From the human T2T-CHM13v2.0 reference genome, Homo sapiens: a stretch of DNA of 64,000 nt. Below are positions 15,764 to 28,530 of the stretch, one piece after another. The notes beneath the pieces are model-generated. The model was given only the letters and a program-made list of their open reading frames with translations, was not told the DNA's origin and made no database searches. The DNA is taken from NCBI RefSeq assembly GCF_009914755.1, contig NC_060925.1. One strand, 5' to 3'. The first letter of the stretch is position 1; each line of letters opens with the position of its first letter. The position numbers and the translations under genes were made by a program.

Positions 15764-18021
15764 TTTTATTTTATTTTATTTTATTTTATTTTATTTTATT
15801 TTATTTTATTTTTTATAGCCTTAAATACTTTATCTTTTTTTCTCTTTTTTTGTATTGATTTTTATTTTTTTGAATTTTATCTTTTTTTTCAACTTTTAAG
15901 TTCGGGGTACATGTGCAGGTTTATTATATACATAAATTGCATGTAGCAAGGGTTTGTTGTACAGATTATTTTCACCCAGGTAATAAGCATAATACTTGAT
16001 AGGCAGTTTTTTAATCCTCTCTCTTCTCCCACCCCCCACCTTCAAGTAGGCCCTGATGTCTGTTGTTCCCTTCTTTGTGTTCATGTGTACTCGATGTTTA
16101 GCTCCTACTTATAAGTGAGAACATGCAGTATTTGGTTTTCTGTTCCTGTGTTAGTTCACTTAGGATAATGGCCTCCAGCTTCATCCATGTTGCTGCAAAG
16201 GACATGATCTCATTCTTTGTCATGGCTATGTAGTATTCCAAGATGTATATGCACATTTTCTTTATCCAGTCTACTATTGATGGGCATTTAGGCTGATTTC
16301 ATGCCTTTGCTATTGTGAATAGTGCTGTGATTAATGTACGTGTGCACATGTCTTTACGTAACAATTTATATTATGTAACAATTTATATTATATAAAAATC
16401 TTTATGTAACAACTTATATAAAAATTGTATTAAACATAAATATTAAAATATAAATTATATTAATTATATATTTATATATGTTAAATATATAAATTATATT
16501 AAAGTAACAATTTATATTACTTGGGGTATAAACCCAATAATGGGATTGCTGGGTTGAATGGTACTTCTCTTTAAAGTTCCTTTAGAAATTACCCCACTGT
16601 CTTCCACAATGGCTGAACTAATTTACATTCCTGCCAGCCATGTATAAGCATCCTCTTTTCTCCTCAACCTCATCAGCATCTGTTTTATTAGACTTTTAAA
16701 TAATAGCCAATCTGACTGGTGTGAGATGGTATTTCATTGTGGTTTTGATTTGTATTTCTCCAATAGTTAGTGATGTTGACCATTTTTTCATATGCTTGTT
16801 GGCCGTGTGTATGTCTTCTTTTGAAAACTTTCTGTTCATGTCCTTTACCCACTTTTTAATGAGGTTGTTTTTTGCTTATAAATTTAAGTTACTTATAGAT
16901 TCTGGACATTAGACCTTTGTCAGAGGCATAGTTTTCTCTATGGGAGGCACATATTTTCTCCCATTCTGTAGGTTGTCTGTTTATTCTGTTGATAGTTTCT
17001 TTTGCTGTGCAGAAGTTCTTTAATTTAATTAGGTCCCATTTGTCAATTTTTGCTTTTGTTGCTATTGCTTTTGGTGTCTTCATCATGAAATCTTTGCCAG
17101 GTCCCATGTCCACAGTGTTATTTCCTAGATTATCATCCAGATTTTGTAGTTTTAGGTTGTTCACTTAAGTCTTTAATACATCTTGAGTTGATTTTTGTAT
17201 ATAGCGAAAGTAAGAGGTCCGGCTTCAGTGTTCTGCATATAGCTATCAATTATCCCAGCACCATTTATTGACTAGAAAGTCTTCTCCCCACTGCTTGTTT
17301 TTGTCAACTTTGTGGAAAATCAGTTGGTTTTAAGTGTGTAGCTTTATTTCTAGGCCTCTATTCTGTTCCATTGATCTATGTGTCTGTTTTTGTAGTGGTA
17401 CCATGCTGTTTTGGTTACTGTAGCCTTGTAGTATAGTTTGAAGTTGGGTAACCTGATGCCTTCAGCCTTGTTCTTTTTGCTTTGAATTGTCTTGGCTATT
17501 CAGGCTCTTTTTTGGTTCCATATGAGTTTTAAAATAGTTTTTTCTAGTTCTCTGAAGAATGTTATTGGTAGTTTGATAGGAATAGCATTGACTCTGTAAA
17601 TTGCTTTTGGCAGTATGGCCATTTTATAAATATTGATACTTTCTATCCATGAGCATGAAATATTTTTCCATTTGTTTGTGTCATCCCTGATTTCTTTGAG
17701 CAGTGTTTTGTAATTCTCCTTGTAGGGCTCTTTCACCTCCCTGGTTAGCTGTATTCCTAGGTGTTTTATTCCTTTTGTGCCTATTGTGAATGGAACTGCA
17801 TTCTTGATTTGGCTTTGAGATTGGATGCTGTTGGAGTAAAGAAATGCTACTGATTTTTGAACCTTGATTTTGCATCCTGAAACTTTGCTGAAGTTGTTTA
17901 CCAGATATAGGTTTTCTAGGTATAGAATTTTATCATCTGCAAACAGAGATAGTTTGACTTTCTCTCTTATTATTTGGATGCCTTTTCTTTCTCATGCCTG
18001 ATTGCTCCAGTTAGGACTTCC
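15764..18021 (-). mobile_element. 5'-truncated L1PA (about PA13-15) with (TTTTA)n tail
   Basis: L1 3'UTR plus ORF2 C-terminal remnants (ORFs [21 protein letters not shown] and [20 protein letters not shown]). Confidence 0.92.
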
Positions 18022-18022
18022 A

Positions 18023-18860
18023 ATTTTTTTCTTTTTCAACTTTTATTTTACAATCGGGGTACATGTGCAGGAATGTTATAGAGGTATATTCCATTATGGT
18101 GAGGTTCAGGGTATGATGGAAACTGTCACGCTGGTAGTGAGCATAGTATCCATGATATAAATAATTTTTTAGCCCTTGCCCCCATCCCTCTCTCCCCACT
18201 CTAGTAGTCCTGTGTCTATTGTTTCCATCCTTATGCCCATGTGTACCCATGTTTAGCAACCACTTATATATGAGCATATGCAGTATTTATTTCCTATTTC
18301 TGTGTTAGTTTTCTTAGGATAATGGCCTCCTCCAACTGCATCCATGGTGCTGCAAAGGACACAATTTTATTCTTTTTTATGGCTGCATAGTATTCTATGG
18401 TATATATGTACCACTTTTTAAAAATCCAATCCACCACTGTTAGGCACCTGGGTTGACTCCACATTTTTGCTTTGGAAATAGCACTGTGATGAACATAAAA
18501 GTGCATGTGTCTTTTCAGTAGAATGATTTAATTTCTTTTGAGTATATACCCAGTAATGGGATTGCTTGATTGAATCATAATGCAACTTCTAGTTCTTTGA
18601 GAAATCTCCAAACTGCTCTCCATAGTGGCTGGACTAATTTACATTACTATAACAGTATACACGTGTCCCCTATTCTCCACGGCCTCACCAGCATCTGTTA
18701 GTCCTTGACTTTTTAACAAAAGCCATTCTAACTAGTATGAGACGGTAACTCATTGTGATTTTGATTTTCATTTCGCTGATGATTAGTGATGGTGAGCATT
18801 TGCATTTTTACATAAACTTGTTGACTGCTTGTATATCTTCTTTTGAGAAGTGTCTGGTCA
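18023..18860 (-). mobile_element. Second 5'-truncated L1PA (about PA15-16) 3' end
   Basis: New 3'UTR start TCAACTTTTATTTTACAATCGGGGTACATGTGCAGG; ORF KKWYIYTIEYYAAIKK. Confidence 0.9.
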
Positions 18861-19288
18861 GGACATTGACTTTTGTTCCTTTGATGCATGCAAGCTCCCT
18901 GGGAGAGGCACTATATTATGAGTACATTGAGCAGCCACCCCACAATATTCTTCAGGGAACTGCCCTCTACATTCATTCTTTCTCCAGGAGAACTTTCACT
19001 TTCACCAGCAGAGGCAGGTTTCTCTAATGAAATGCTGGTTTCCTGGAAGGAGATTAGTGCATCAGTTGTTTTGATCATCTTGGAGCACAGAGAGCTTTGG
19101 GAGGGATAAAATAAAGGACTTGGATGGATTGATGAGAGGTGAGAATGCACCTAAGAAGCTGAGCCAATGAAGTGGGGTGGAAGTATGGGAGGGTACTGGG
19201 GTGGCACTGGCACCAAGATAAGACTGCAAAGCACAGCTTTGCTTAGGGATCACTCTGTAGCTCATGTAACACTCCCTCACCTTCCCTT

Positions 19289-20064
19289 CTGCGGTGGTTT
19301 TGAAATGTGTCTAATATAGTGATCTGCGTCCCCTTTATTATGGGCTGGACTTAGTGATTCACTTCTAATAGAATATGACAGAGACTTATTCTATGTTACT
19401 TCTGAGACTAAGCCATAAAAGGCATTGTGGCTTCCATTGTAGCCACTCTTTCTTGAGTCACTTGCTCCATTGGTAGCCAGCTACCATATCACAAAAAAAG
19501 GTCCATGTGGCATAAAACTGAGGCATCCTTCCAACAGCTGTGTAAGTTGAAGCATCTGAGAAGTGGATCCGCAAACCCCAGCCAAGCCTTAAATGTTTGC
19601 AGCCCCTGTCAACATCCTAACTGCAACTTCATGAGACACTTCAAGCAGAGCCACCCAGTGGAGCTGCTCTCACTTCTGACCTAAAGAAACTGTGACATAT
19701 ATATGTTGGTTGTGTTTGTTTGTTTGTTTTTGAGTCTCACCAGGCTGGAGTGCAGTGGTGGCATCTCGGCTCACTACAATCTCCGCCTCCCGGATTCAAG
19801 TGATTCTCATGCCTCAGCCACCTCAGCACCTGGGATTACAGGTGTGCAACAACACACCCCGCTAATTTTTCCATTTTTAGTAGAGACAGCATTTCCCATA
19901 TTGACCAGGCTGGTCTTGAACTCCTGGCCTCAAGTGATGCATCCACCTCGGCCTCCCAAAGTGCTGGGATTGCAGGCATGCCACCACGCCCAGCCACATG
20001 TTGGTTGTTTTAAGCTACTACATGTAGGGGTAATTTGTTACGCAGCAATATATAACTATTATAC
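19289..20064 (+). mobile_element. MLT1F-like MaLR LTR split by Alu
   Basis: GGGCTGGACTTAGTGATTCACTTCTAATAGAAT...GGTAATTTGTTACGCAGCAATA. Confidence 0.8.
19712..19995 (-). mobile_element. AluS
   Basis: Antisense dimer; TSD ATGTTGGTTGT. Confidence 0.92.
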
Positions 20065-21150
20065 CGTCCAGCGGGTCTCAATTTAGCTGTTTCAGGTCAA
20101 TGTAATTCAGTGACTCTTAGCATAGAAGAGCCTGGCAATCAAAGATTGTTGAGTAGGACCAGTCTCTATTTCACATGTAGAAAAATGAGGCTTTATCTGA
20201 ATAGGGCCAAAGTGCTTTTCTTTGTTTAATTTTGTTTACCTGAAGAAATGCTTTTGAATCTGGGCACAGAAAGCTGTATGTTGCAGTGTGCAAGTGTATA
20301 CAGAACGCTGAGAAGGGAAACCATTATTCAGCTGTTAAACAGCAGCTTTTTGAGCAGAAATATCAAATAGGACAGGGGACATGTTGCTCTCTGGGGGTAA
20401 ATCCATGGAATATTTGTTTCCTTTAGCCTGGAGGCATCCCAAACAGAAGGACAAATCTTAAAACTGATTCTAAAAATTATTTTTGCTTTGCCAGAGAGTG
20501 GAGCCTCATGCACTTCCTCACATCCTGAGCTTCCATTCACCCTGATCGCAGAAGGATGACTCTAGTTTCACAAGTCTTGACAGCCATTCTTGAAAAAGGA
20601 ATGAATAACCTTGCTTGATAGGAAGAAATAATTTTGAAAATGGGAGGCATTGTAGATTCTGGGATGAAATTGGGTCAGTTTGTTTCTGGACCAAACACAG
20701 CTTGCTCCATCAGGTAAGTCAGTTAGCTGGGCAGTCAGTGGACACATCTGAAGGCCCACTGTGGCCATCACTCTACCCATATTATAAGGGGTTGCTGACC
20801 TGAGGAGCTCTTTAACTGTGGCAGTCAGAAGTGATTGCCAGTTGGGGCTGTGACTCTGGAAGTGCTGGGGAAGGAGATAATTGCAGAAATCTTATTTCCT
20901 CCCATCTGCTCCATCCTCCTTCCCCATCAGCTGGGAATGTGTGATTTAATTACCTTAGCTCTTCTCCCGGGGTGGGGTAGGGGTGGAAGCCTTGTGCATA
21001 TTCAGGGGCCTCAACCTCCACAAGAGGCTTTCTTTGCTCCCTATCAGATGCAGTCCCTCCACCTTCTGAATGCTCATTCTACTGTATCTGTACCTTCATT
21101 ACAACACCAAAATGTCACACTGCCCTTCATGCTATTGTATTATGCTCCCT

Positions 21151-21575
21151 TATAGTGGATGCTGTGGTGTGCTGCCCAAATCCCCACGTTCAGGCCCAAG
21201 GCTCGCATTTTCCCAACTTCTAGGAGTGTTGCTTGCTGAAAGCTCCAGACTCAGCTCCTTCTCAGAAATGTCCCTCCACAGAATGGAGCTGTCTTGTGTA
21301 AGGCTACTCCCCTTCCCTGGGGAAAGCCTACACTCTATGACATTCAATAAAGGGCACAGACACCTCTCCCTGGTCTCAACTTGAGACATCTCTGAAGGGC
21401 ATCTCAGCTTCAGTGTGTCCCATGGAGCCCGCTCAGGCTTATGTTGCATTACAGCTCAACTTACCCACCTCTGCCCGCTTCCTTCAGTCACACACAGATG
21501 TTGTTTTGGGGTATACTCCCCAATAAACCTCTTGCCCCCAGTTCTCTATCTCAAACCCAGGGAACTCAACCTATA
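21151..21575 (+). mobile_element. LTR16-family (ERVL) LTR
   Basis: Starts TATAGTGGATGCTGTGGTGTGCTGCCCAAATCCC; CCAATAAACCTCTTGC; similar to 51503-51900. Confidence 0.7.
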
Positions 21576-22469
21576 CCACTCCCATTAGGCTGGAAGCGTA
21601 TAAAGGGCCACCTGTCAAGTCCTTTGTTATCTACCTCCTCCTTCCCTCCTGCTGCATCACCCTGGTACCCAGCACAGTGCTGAACAGAGTAGACCCTCTA
21701 CTAATGTCTAATGAACAGAAAACAGATGATGACTTGGACAAAGACTGGGCAAGGACTTTCTACTCTCCTTCTCAAGGATGTACTCCCTTTATATCCGAAG
21801 TCAACACTGAATATCTTACTGTCCGTAATATGAGAAATATTCACAGAGTATAGAGAATACAAAATATGTACACTCTAGGGTATTACTTGTGTAAAGTGTT
21901 TCCTGGAGAAATTCACTTTTCAAAACCTGAAGAATGTTTGTTTTTAAAATCAGGAAGTGTGTCCCAGGCTGACTTTAATCTGTCTGCTTCAGGTCGGCAG
22001 GTCTCTGGGGAGTCAGGAGTGGCATCACATAAATCTGTTTTGTTGCAGGCACCCTGGCAACATTTTCTGTGTTGATGAAGAATGTCAACAACTCATTCCA
22101 GTGACTCTGCAGGCATTCTCAAAAGATCTGTTTAACTAAATTCTTTCCTTTTTCAGTTCAATGATAATTTTGCCTCACTGAATTTTAGTGGCAGTGCCTG
22201 TAACCTAATTGGTGCTGTATTTCTGCTCTCGTGGGTACCATTCAACATTCCCAGGGAGAGGTTGCAAAGCCTTGGTTCCAGACTCCCCTGGTGGATTGGC
22301 ATTTTACTCCTCTTCCGGGACTTTGACCTTCTGTTCTGCTTGATTAGCCTTGCTGCCCCTGGTGCTTGAGCTGCCCTTCCTAACCACCTTCCTCCCCACA
22401 GCACAGGGGGATGTCAGAGGATGCTTGTTTGAACTGGATTATAGATTACACAAATCCAGGAGGTCAAGG

Positions 22470-22563
22470 TTCTTAGTTGAACTGGTTGTTAACATTTATT
22501 TTTGTATCCCCAGGATGTAGCACAGTATCTGGCTCAAAAATGTTTGATGAATGAATGAATGAA
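22470..22563 (+). mobile_element. L2 3' end
   Basis: TTTGTATCCCCAGG..TAGCACAGTATCTGGC..TGAATGAATGAATGAA. Confidence 0.7.
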
Positions 22564-22730
22564 CAGTCAAAGGATGACAGTTTCCCCCTCAAGACTGTGA
22601 AATACCAAAGGCAGTTCAGCCTGGCAAGCCAGTGATAATTTTCCTCATTCTTTGTGGACAAGAAGCATGAGCTGAGCTTCTCAAATCTTCCCTCAGAGCA
22701 CAATGACCTTTACAGATGGTCTTACCTGTA

Positions 22731-23034
<304 letters not shown>

Positions 23035-23297
23035 TAAATGCAAACACCACCACCATGTTCCACATGGGGCAGAGAATTCTTACCATTAATTATACTATTA
23101 TATTTGAGCCCCACCTCCAACTACTTGCTAATCATTCTGGCCTCCCTTTACTAGACCGGCCCTGCCCCCACCTCTGAGATTTAATTCCCATCAAAGACTT
23201 CCCAGGAAGATCTGCTATCTTCATCCCCAGTCCGGGCACTCTCTAGCCAACAGCTCAGCTGACAAAGACCTCTTAGTTCTCCCTTTTCTCTCTCTCT

Positions 23298-23742
<445 letters not shown>

Positions 23743-24329
23743 TCTAACCAAAATTTCTTAATTGACAAACCCCATGCCCCATCTCAGCCCCAGATGACTC
23801 ATTCTATATTCAGTTATGTGAACATATTAATCAGGTGAAACTCCTGTTTTGCATTTCCAGGAAACTTTCATTTGTTTTCTCTTTAAAGTGGCTTTCCATA
23901 TCTCTGCTCTGATTTATCAATTTTTATTTTACTTCCTCTATTCCAAACCGTGAGGTCATCCTCCCAGCTGGCCTCACTCTTCTCCACTTTGGTTTCCTCT
24001 GTGGTTCCAGCAACCTGTGGTGGTGGGCTTCCTTTTCAGTGTTTAGTGTTGTTGACTATTGTAGCTCAAGGGCACAGCCTAGGCTACGAGGTCAGTACCC
24101 CCTTGTGGGCCACCTCTGATCCACCCTCTGCCCATGCCCTTCCCTTGTTCCCTAGCTACTGCCTCACTCAACAGAGAAGCACAGAGTGCCTACCAAGGGC
24201 CAGGCACAGAGCCGCCTCCTTTGACTACAGGGTATATAGACCTGGGTGTTCCTCACCTCCAAAGCCCACAGCGAGGGAGTCATGGAAACAAACACAATGT
24301 GGTCCCTGCATTGTTGGAAAGATCCATGT

Positions 24330-24750
24330 AAGAGAATGGAGGGGAAGCTCCAAACTAGGAAAGAGGAAAGTGGCGTGGGGAGGCTTCCTAAGAAAGAGTA
24401 GGCCTGAGTTAGGCCTTAAAGGATCAGTAGACAATAGCCTGATGAAGATAAGGAGTAAATGTGTATTTATCATTCATCCAACATGCATGAATGATAAGTG
24501 CATGCTGAGGACCTGCCCTGCGCCAGGCTGGAGACTAGCAGTGAACAAAACAGAAAGTCCCTGCCTTCATGGAGCTTTGCTACTCGTGGGAAGAGACAGA
24601 GAATAAGCAAAATAAATAAGTAAAACATAGTATGTTAGAAGGTGATATGTGTTCTACAGAGAAAAATATATCCAGGAAAAGGATTCAGTTGTATGCATAG
24701 AAGACGGGTAATTTTAAAAATCCAGTAGTTTTAAATATGGCAGCCAGGGA
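24330..24750 (-). mobile_element. L2 fragments
   Basis: CAGTGAACAAAACAGAAAGTCCCTGCCTTCATGGAGCTT typical of antisense L2. Confidence 0.7.
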
Positions 24751-25016
24751 CTGTTATCATAGTGATATGAAACCCTTTCATCTTAATTGTAGCTTTAACT
24801 ATTTGCAAAGGGCTTTAGTTCTATTAGCTCATTTTATTATTAAAACCATCTTATGAGGAGGTGAGAAAAATTAGTCTTCTGGGCTAGCTGCTGTCTAAAT
24901 GAGCCTGCTAGGGCTGCTATAGCAAAGTACCACAAACTGGATGGCTTAATCAGCAGAATTCTGTTTTCTCACAGTTATAGAGGCCAGAAGTCCAAGATCA
25001 AAATGTGGGCCCCAGG

Positions 25017-25309
25017 GGCCAGGCATGGTGGCTCACGCTTGTAATCCCAGCACTTTGGGAGGCCGAGGCAGGTGGATCCCATGAGGTCAGGAGTTCGAGA
25101 CCAGCCTGGCCAACATGGTGAAACCCTCTCTTTACTAAAAATATAAAAATTAGCTGGGCATGATGGCAGGCGCCTGTAATCCCAGCTACTTGGCAGGCTG
25201 AGGCAGGACAATCACTCGAACCCCGGAGGAGGAGGTTGCAGTGAGCCAAGATCAGCCACTGCACTCCAGCCTGGGCAATGAGCGAAACTCCATCTCCGAA
25301 AAAAAAAAA
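25017..25309 (+). mobile_element. AluSq/Sx-like
   Basis: Full dimer plus poly-A. Confidence 0.95.
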
Positions 25310-25475
25310 TGGATGGGGTTCCTTCTGAGGGCCGTCAAGGAAAGATCTGTTCCAGGCCTCTCACCTTGGCTTGTAGCTGGCTGTCTTCTCCTGTGTCTTT
25401 ACATTATCTTCCACTATCTTTCTGTGTCCACATTTTCCCTTCTCATAAGATACAAGCCATACCAGTATCTCACTC

Positions 25476-26829
25476 TGAGAGGTGACAGCGTGCTGGCAGC
25501 CCTCTGCAGCTCTTGCTCGCTCTCGGCGCCTCCTTGGCTTTGGCGCCCACTCTGGCCGCGCTTGAGGAGCCCTTCAGCCCGCCGCTGCACTGTGGGAGCC
25601 CCTTTCTCAGCTGGCCAAGGCCGGAGCCGGCTCCCTCAGTTTGCCGGGAGGGGCGGAGGGAGAGGCGCGGGCGGGAACCGGGGCTGCGCGCGGCGCTTGC
25701 GGGCGAGCGCGAGTTCCAGGTGGGCGTGGGCTCGGCGGGCCCCGCACTGGGAGCGGCAGGGCTCGGGACCTGCAGCCCGCCATGCCTGAGCCTTCCCCCA
25801 CGCCCCCCGCCGTGGGCTGCTGCGCGGCCGGAGCCTCCCCGACGAGCACCGCCCCCTGCTCCAGGGCGCCCAGTCCCATGACCGCCCAAGGGCTGAGGAG
25901 TGCGGGCGCACGGCGGGGGACTGGCAGGCAGCTCCACCTGCGGCTCTGGTGCAAGATCCACTGGGTGAAGCCAGCTGGGCTCCTGAGTCTGGTGGGGACT
26001 TGGAGAATCTTTATGTCTAGCTAAGGGATTGTAAATGCACCAATCGGCATTCTGTATCTAGTTAATCTGGCGGGGCCTTGGAGACTCTTTATGTCTAAAT
26101 AAGGGATTGTGAATGCACCAATTGGCACTGTGTATCTAGCTCAAGGTTTATAAATGCACCAATCAGCACTCTGTGTCTAGCTCAGGGTTTGTACATACAC
26201 CAGTCTACACTCTGTATCTAGCTAATCTAGTGGGGACGTGGAGAACTTTTGTGTCTAGCTCAGGGATCGTAAATGCACCAATCAGCACCCTGTGAAAATG
26301 GACCAATCAGCTCTCTGTAAAACAGACCAATCGGCTCTCTGTAAAATGGACCAATCAGCAGGATGCGGGTGGGGCCAGATAAGAGAATAAAAGCAGGCTT
26401 CCTGAGGTAGCAGTGGCAACCTGGTAGGGTGTGCTTCCAAAGTGTGGAAGGTTCCTTCTTTCACTCTTTGCGGTAAATCTTGCTGCTGTTCACTGTTTGG
26501 GTCCACTCAGTCTTTGTGAGCTGCAACACTCACCATGAAGGTCTGCTGCTTCACTTCTGAAGCCAGTGAGACCACGAACCTACTGGGAGGAACGAACAAC
26601 TCCAGACGCGCCACCTTAAGAGCTGTAACACTCACTGAAAGTCTGCAGCTTCACTCCTGAGCTAGCAAGACCACGAACCCACCAGAAGGAGGAAACTCCG
26701 AACACATCCGAACATCAGAAGGAACAAACTCCGGACACGCGGCCTTTAAGAACTGTAATACGCACTGCGAGGGTCCGCGGCTTCGTTCTTGAATTCAGTG
26801 AGACCAAGAAGCCACCAATTCCGGACACA
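25476..26829 (+). mobile_element. Solo LTR12C (ERV9/HERV9), CpG-rich U3
   Basis: Starts TGAGAGGTGACAGCGTGCTGGCAGCCCTC, ends CCAATTCCGGACACA; flanks ACTC/ACTG (4-bp TSD, 1 mismatch). Confidence 0.96.
26030..26420 (+). promoter_or_regulatory. ERV9 LTR promoter/enhancer: 7 CCAAT boxes, GC/CACCC box, GATA, AATAAA TATA-like box, pointing right
   Basis: CCAAT at 26040, 26118, 26159, 26278, 26303, 26327, 26351; GGGTGGGG then AGATAAG 26377-26383; AATAAAA 26386-26392. Confidence 0.7.
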
Positions 26830-27171
26830 ACTGAATTAGGGCCCACCCCAATGACCTCATTTTAACTTGGTTACCTCTATGAAGAGTCTAGTCAAATAAG
26901 GTCACAGTCTGAGGTACAGGAAGTTAGGAGGACTTCACCATATGAACTTAAGGGGAGGGGGAAACATTCAACCCATAATACTACTCCAGTGACTTTGAAC
27001 TTAGGTTTCACAGCTCGTGCTGGCTGACTCAGTGAGGCTAGAGGCCTGCGATAGCCTATGCTACACATAAGGGGGCTGATGATTCCCAAACCTTCTTACC
27101 TTCAATTATTTATCCAGGAATGAAGGGGCTTCACATAAAGGGCCCTACCATACTCATTCAGAATGCCATAT

Positions 27172-27473
27172 CTTTTTTTAAAATTTTAACTTTTAGAGAT
27201 AGGGCCACATTCAGTCACCCAGGCTGGAGTGCAATGGCACAATCATAGCTTACTCTGGAACTCCTGGACTCAAGTGATCCTCCCATGTTCGCCTCCAGAG
27301 TAGCTAGGACTATAGGCATGAGCCACCCTGCCTGGCTAATTTTTGTATTTTTTTGTAGAGATGGGATTTTGCCGTGTTTCTCAAATCAGTCTCTAATTCC
27401 TGGCCTCAAACCATCCTCCTACCTTGGCCTCCCAAAGTGCTAGGATTACAGGTGTGAACTACCATGCCCAACC
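27172..27473 (-). mobile_element. AluJ
   Basis: Diverged antisense dimer. Confidence 0.9.
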
Positions 27474-28212
27474 AAAAGCCAAATAGTTTTATTCTTGAAA
27501 AAGGACTCAACAAATCTAGGTTGAGTTATATGTTGACTCCTTTTGAACTCAGAGTAACCCTGAAAAGTCCTGTAGCATTTTAAGGATAAGCAAGGCCTGA
27601 GCAAGCTACTGAAGCAGGAACTGAGAAACTGAACGGAAAGAACAAGAGAGAAAGGAACAAATCCAGAGGCATGTGGACCAAAGGAGAGAGTTGAGGTAAG
27701 AAAAAAGAGGTCAGGGAGTCAGGACACCTCAGAAACTCACTCTTTTTTCTGGAGATTGCAGTAACACATGCAAATGTGTTTGGAGAGGTTAAAGTGTTAC
27801 ACAATTGTGAAGTGTTATTTTCTAAGGTAGAGTTACCTGGGTATTGCACCCTTTGGAGATGGGTGCTGTTAGGTTTTCTGGCAGACTGTTTCCTAGTCTT
27901 TTGTCTAATTTTTAAGCCAAAGGTAAAATATAACGCTTCTGTGAATTGCTGACATTCACCTTTGTTGCTTTGAGGAAGTTGCTTCTTTTAAATTAGCAAG
28001 GGTGAAATCTTCCAACTCACAGTAGCCTGTGTACTAACCTAACTGGTGGTGTCAGGTTGGAATGTTTAGCTTTTGCCTGAGGTCCTGACATAACTCTTAT
28101 AGTAGAAAGCAAGAGAGTTGAAACAAATGTCTCTGGTTCTCACTTCTCATGTCTCTTAGTCTAAGACCCCTGCATATAACAAACAATTCAGTTGCATTCC
28201 AATGCCTTTTAA

Positions 28213-28530
<318 letters not shown>

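Larger units (their letters stand above)
24892..26980 (-). mobile_element. MLT1A/B MaLR LTR hosting an Alu and an LTR12C
   Basis: GGGCTGCTATAGCAAAGTACCACAAACTGG... resumes after LTR12C as ATTAGGGCCCACCCCAATGACCTCATTTTAAC. Confidence 0.85.

Noticed and set aside
16889-17875. L1 ORF2-like peptides as a functional reverse transcriptase
   Set aside because: 5'-truncated, fragmented across frames, no promoter or ORF1
20711-20719. Perfect donor CAG|GTAAGT (also TAG|GTAAGT near 41830 and 60413)
   Set aside because: No convincing paired acceptor or frame; such matches are expected by chance in 64 kb
23950-24606. 218-aa ORF
   Set aside because: GTG start, runs into L2 remnants, no recognisable homology
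25241-26024. ORFs up to 182 aa and a CpG island suggesting a gene start
   Set aside because: Span Alu, MLT1 and LTR12C sequence; the island is LTR-derived
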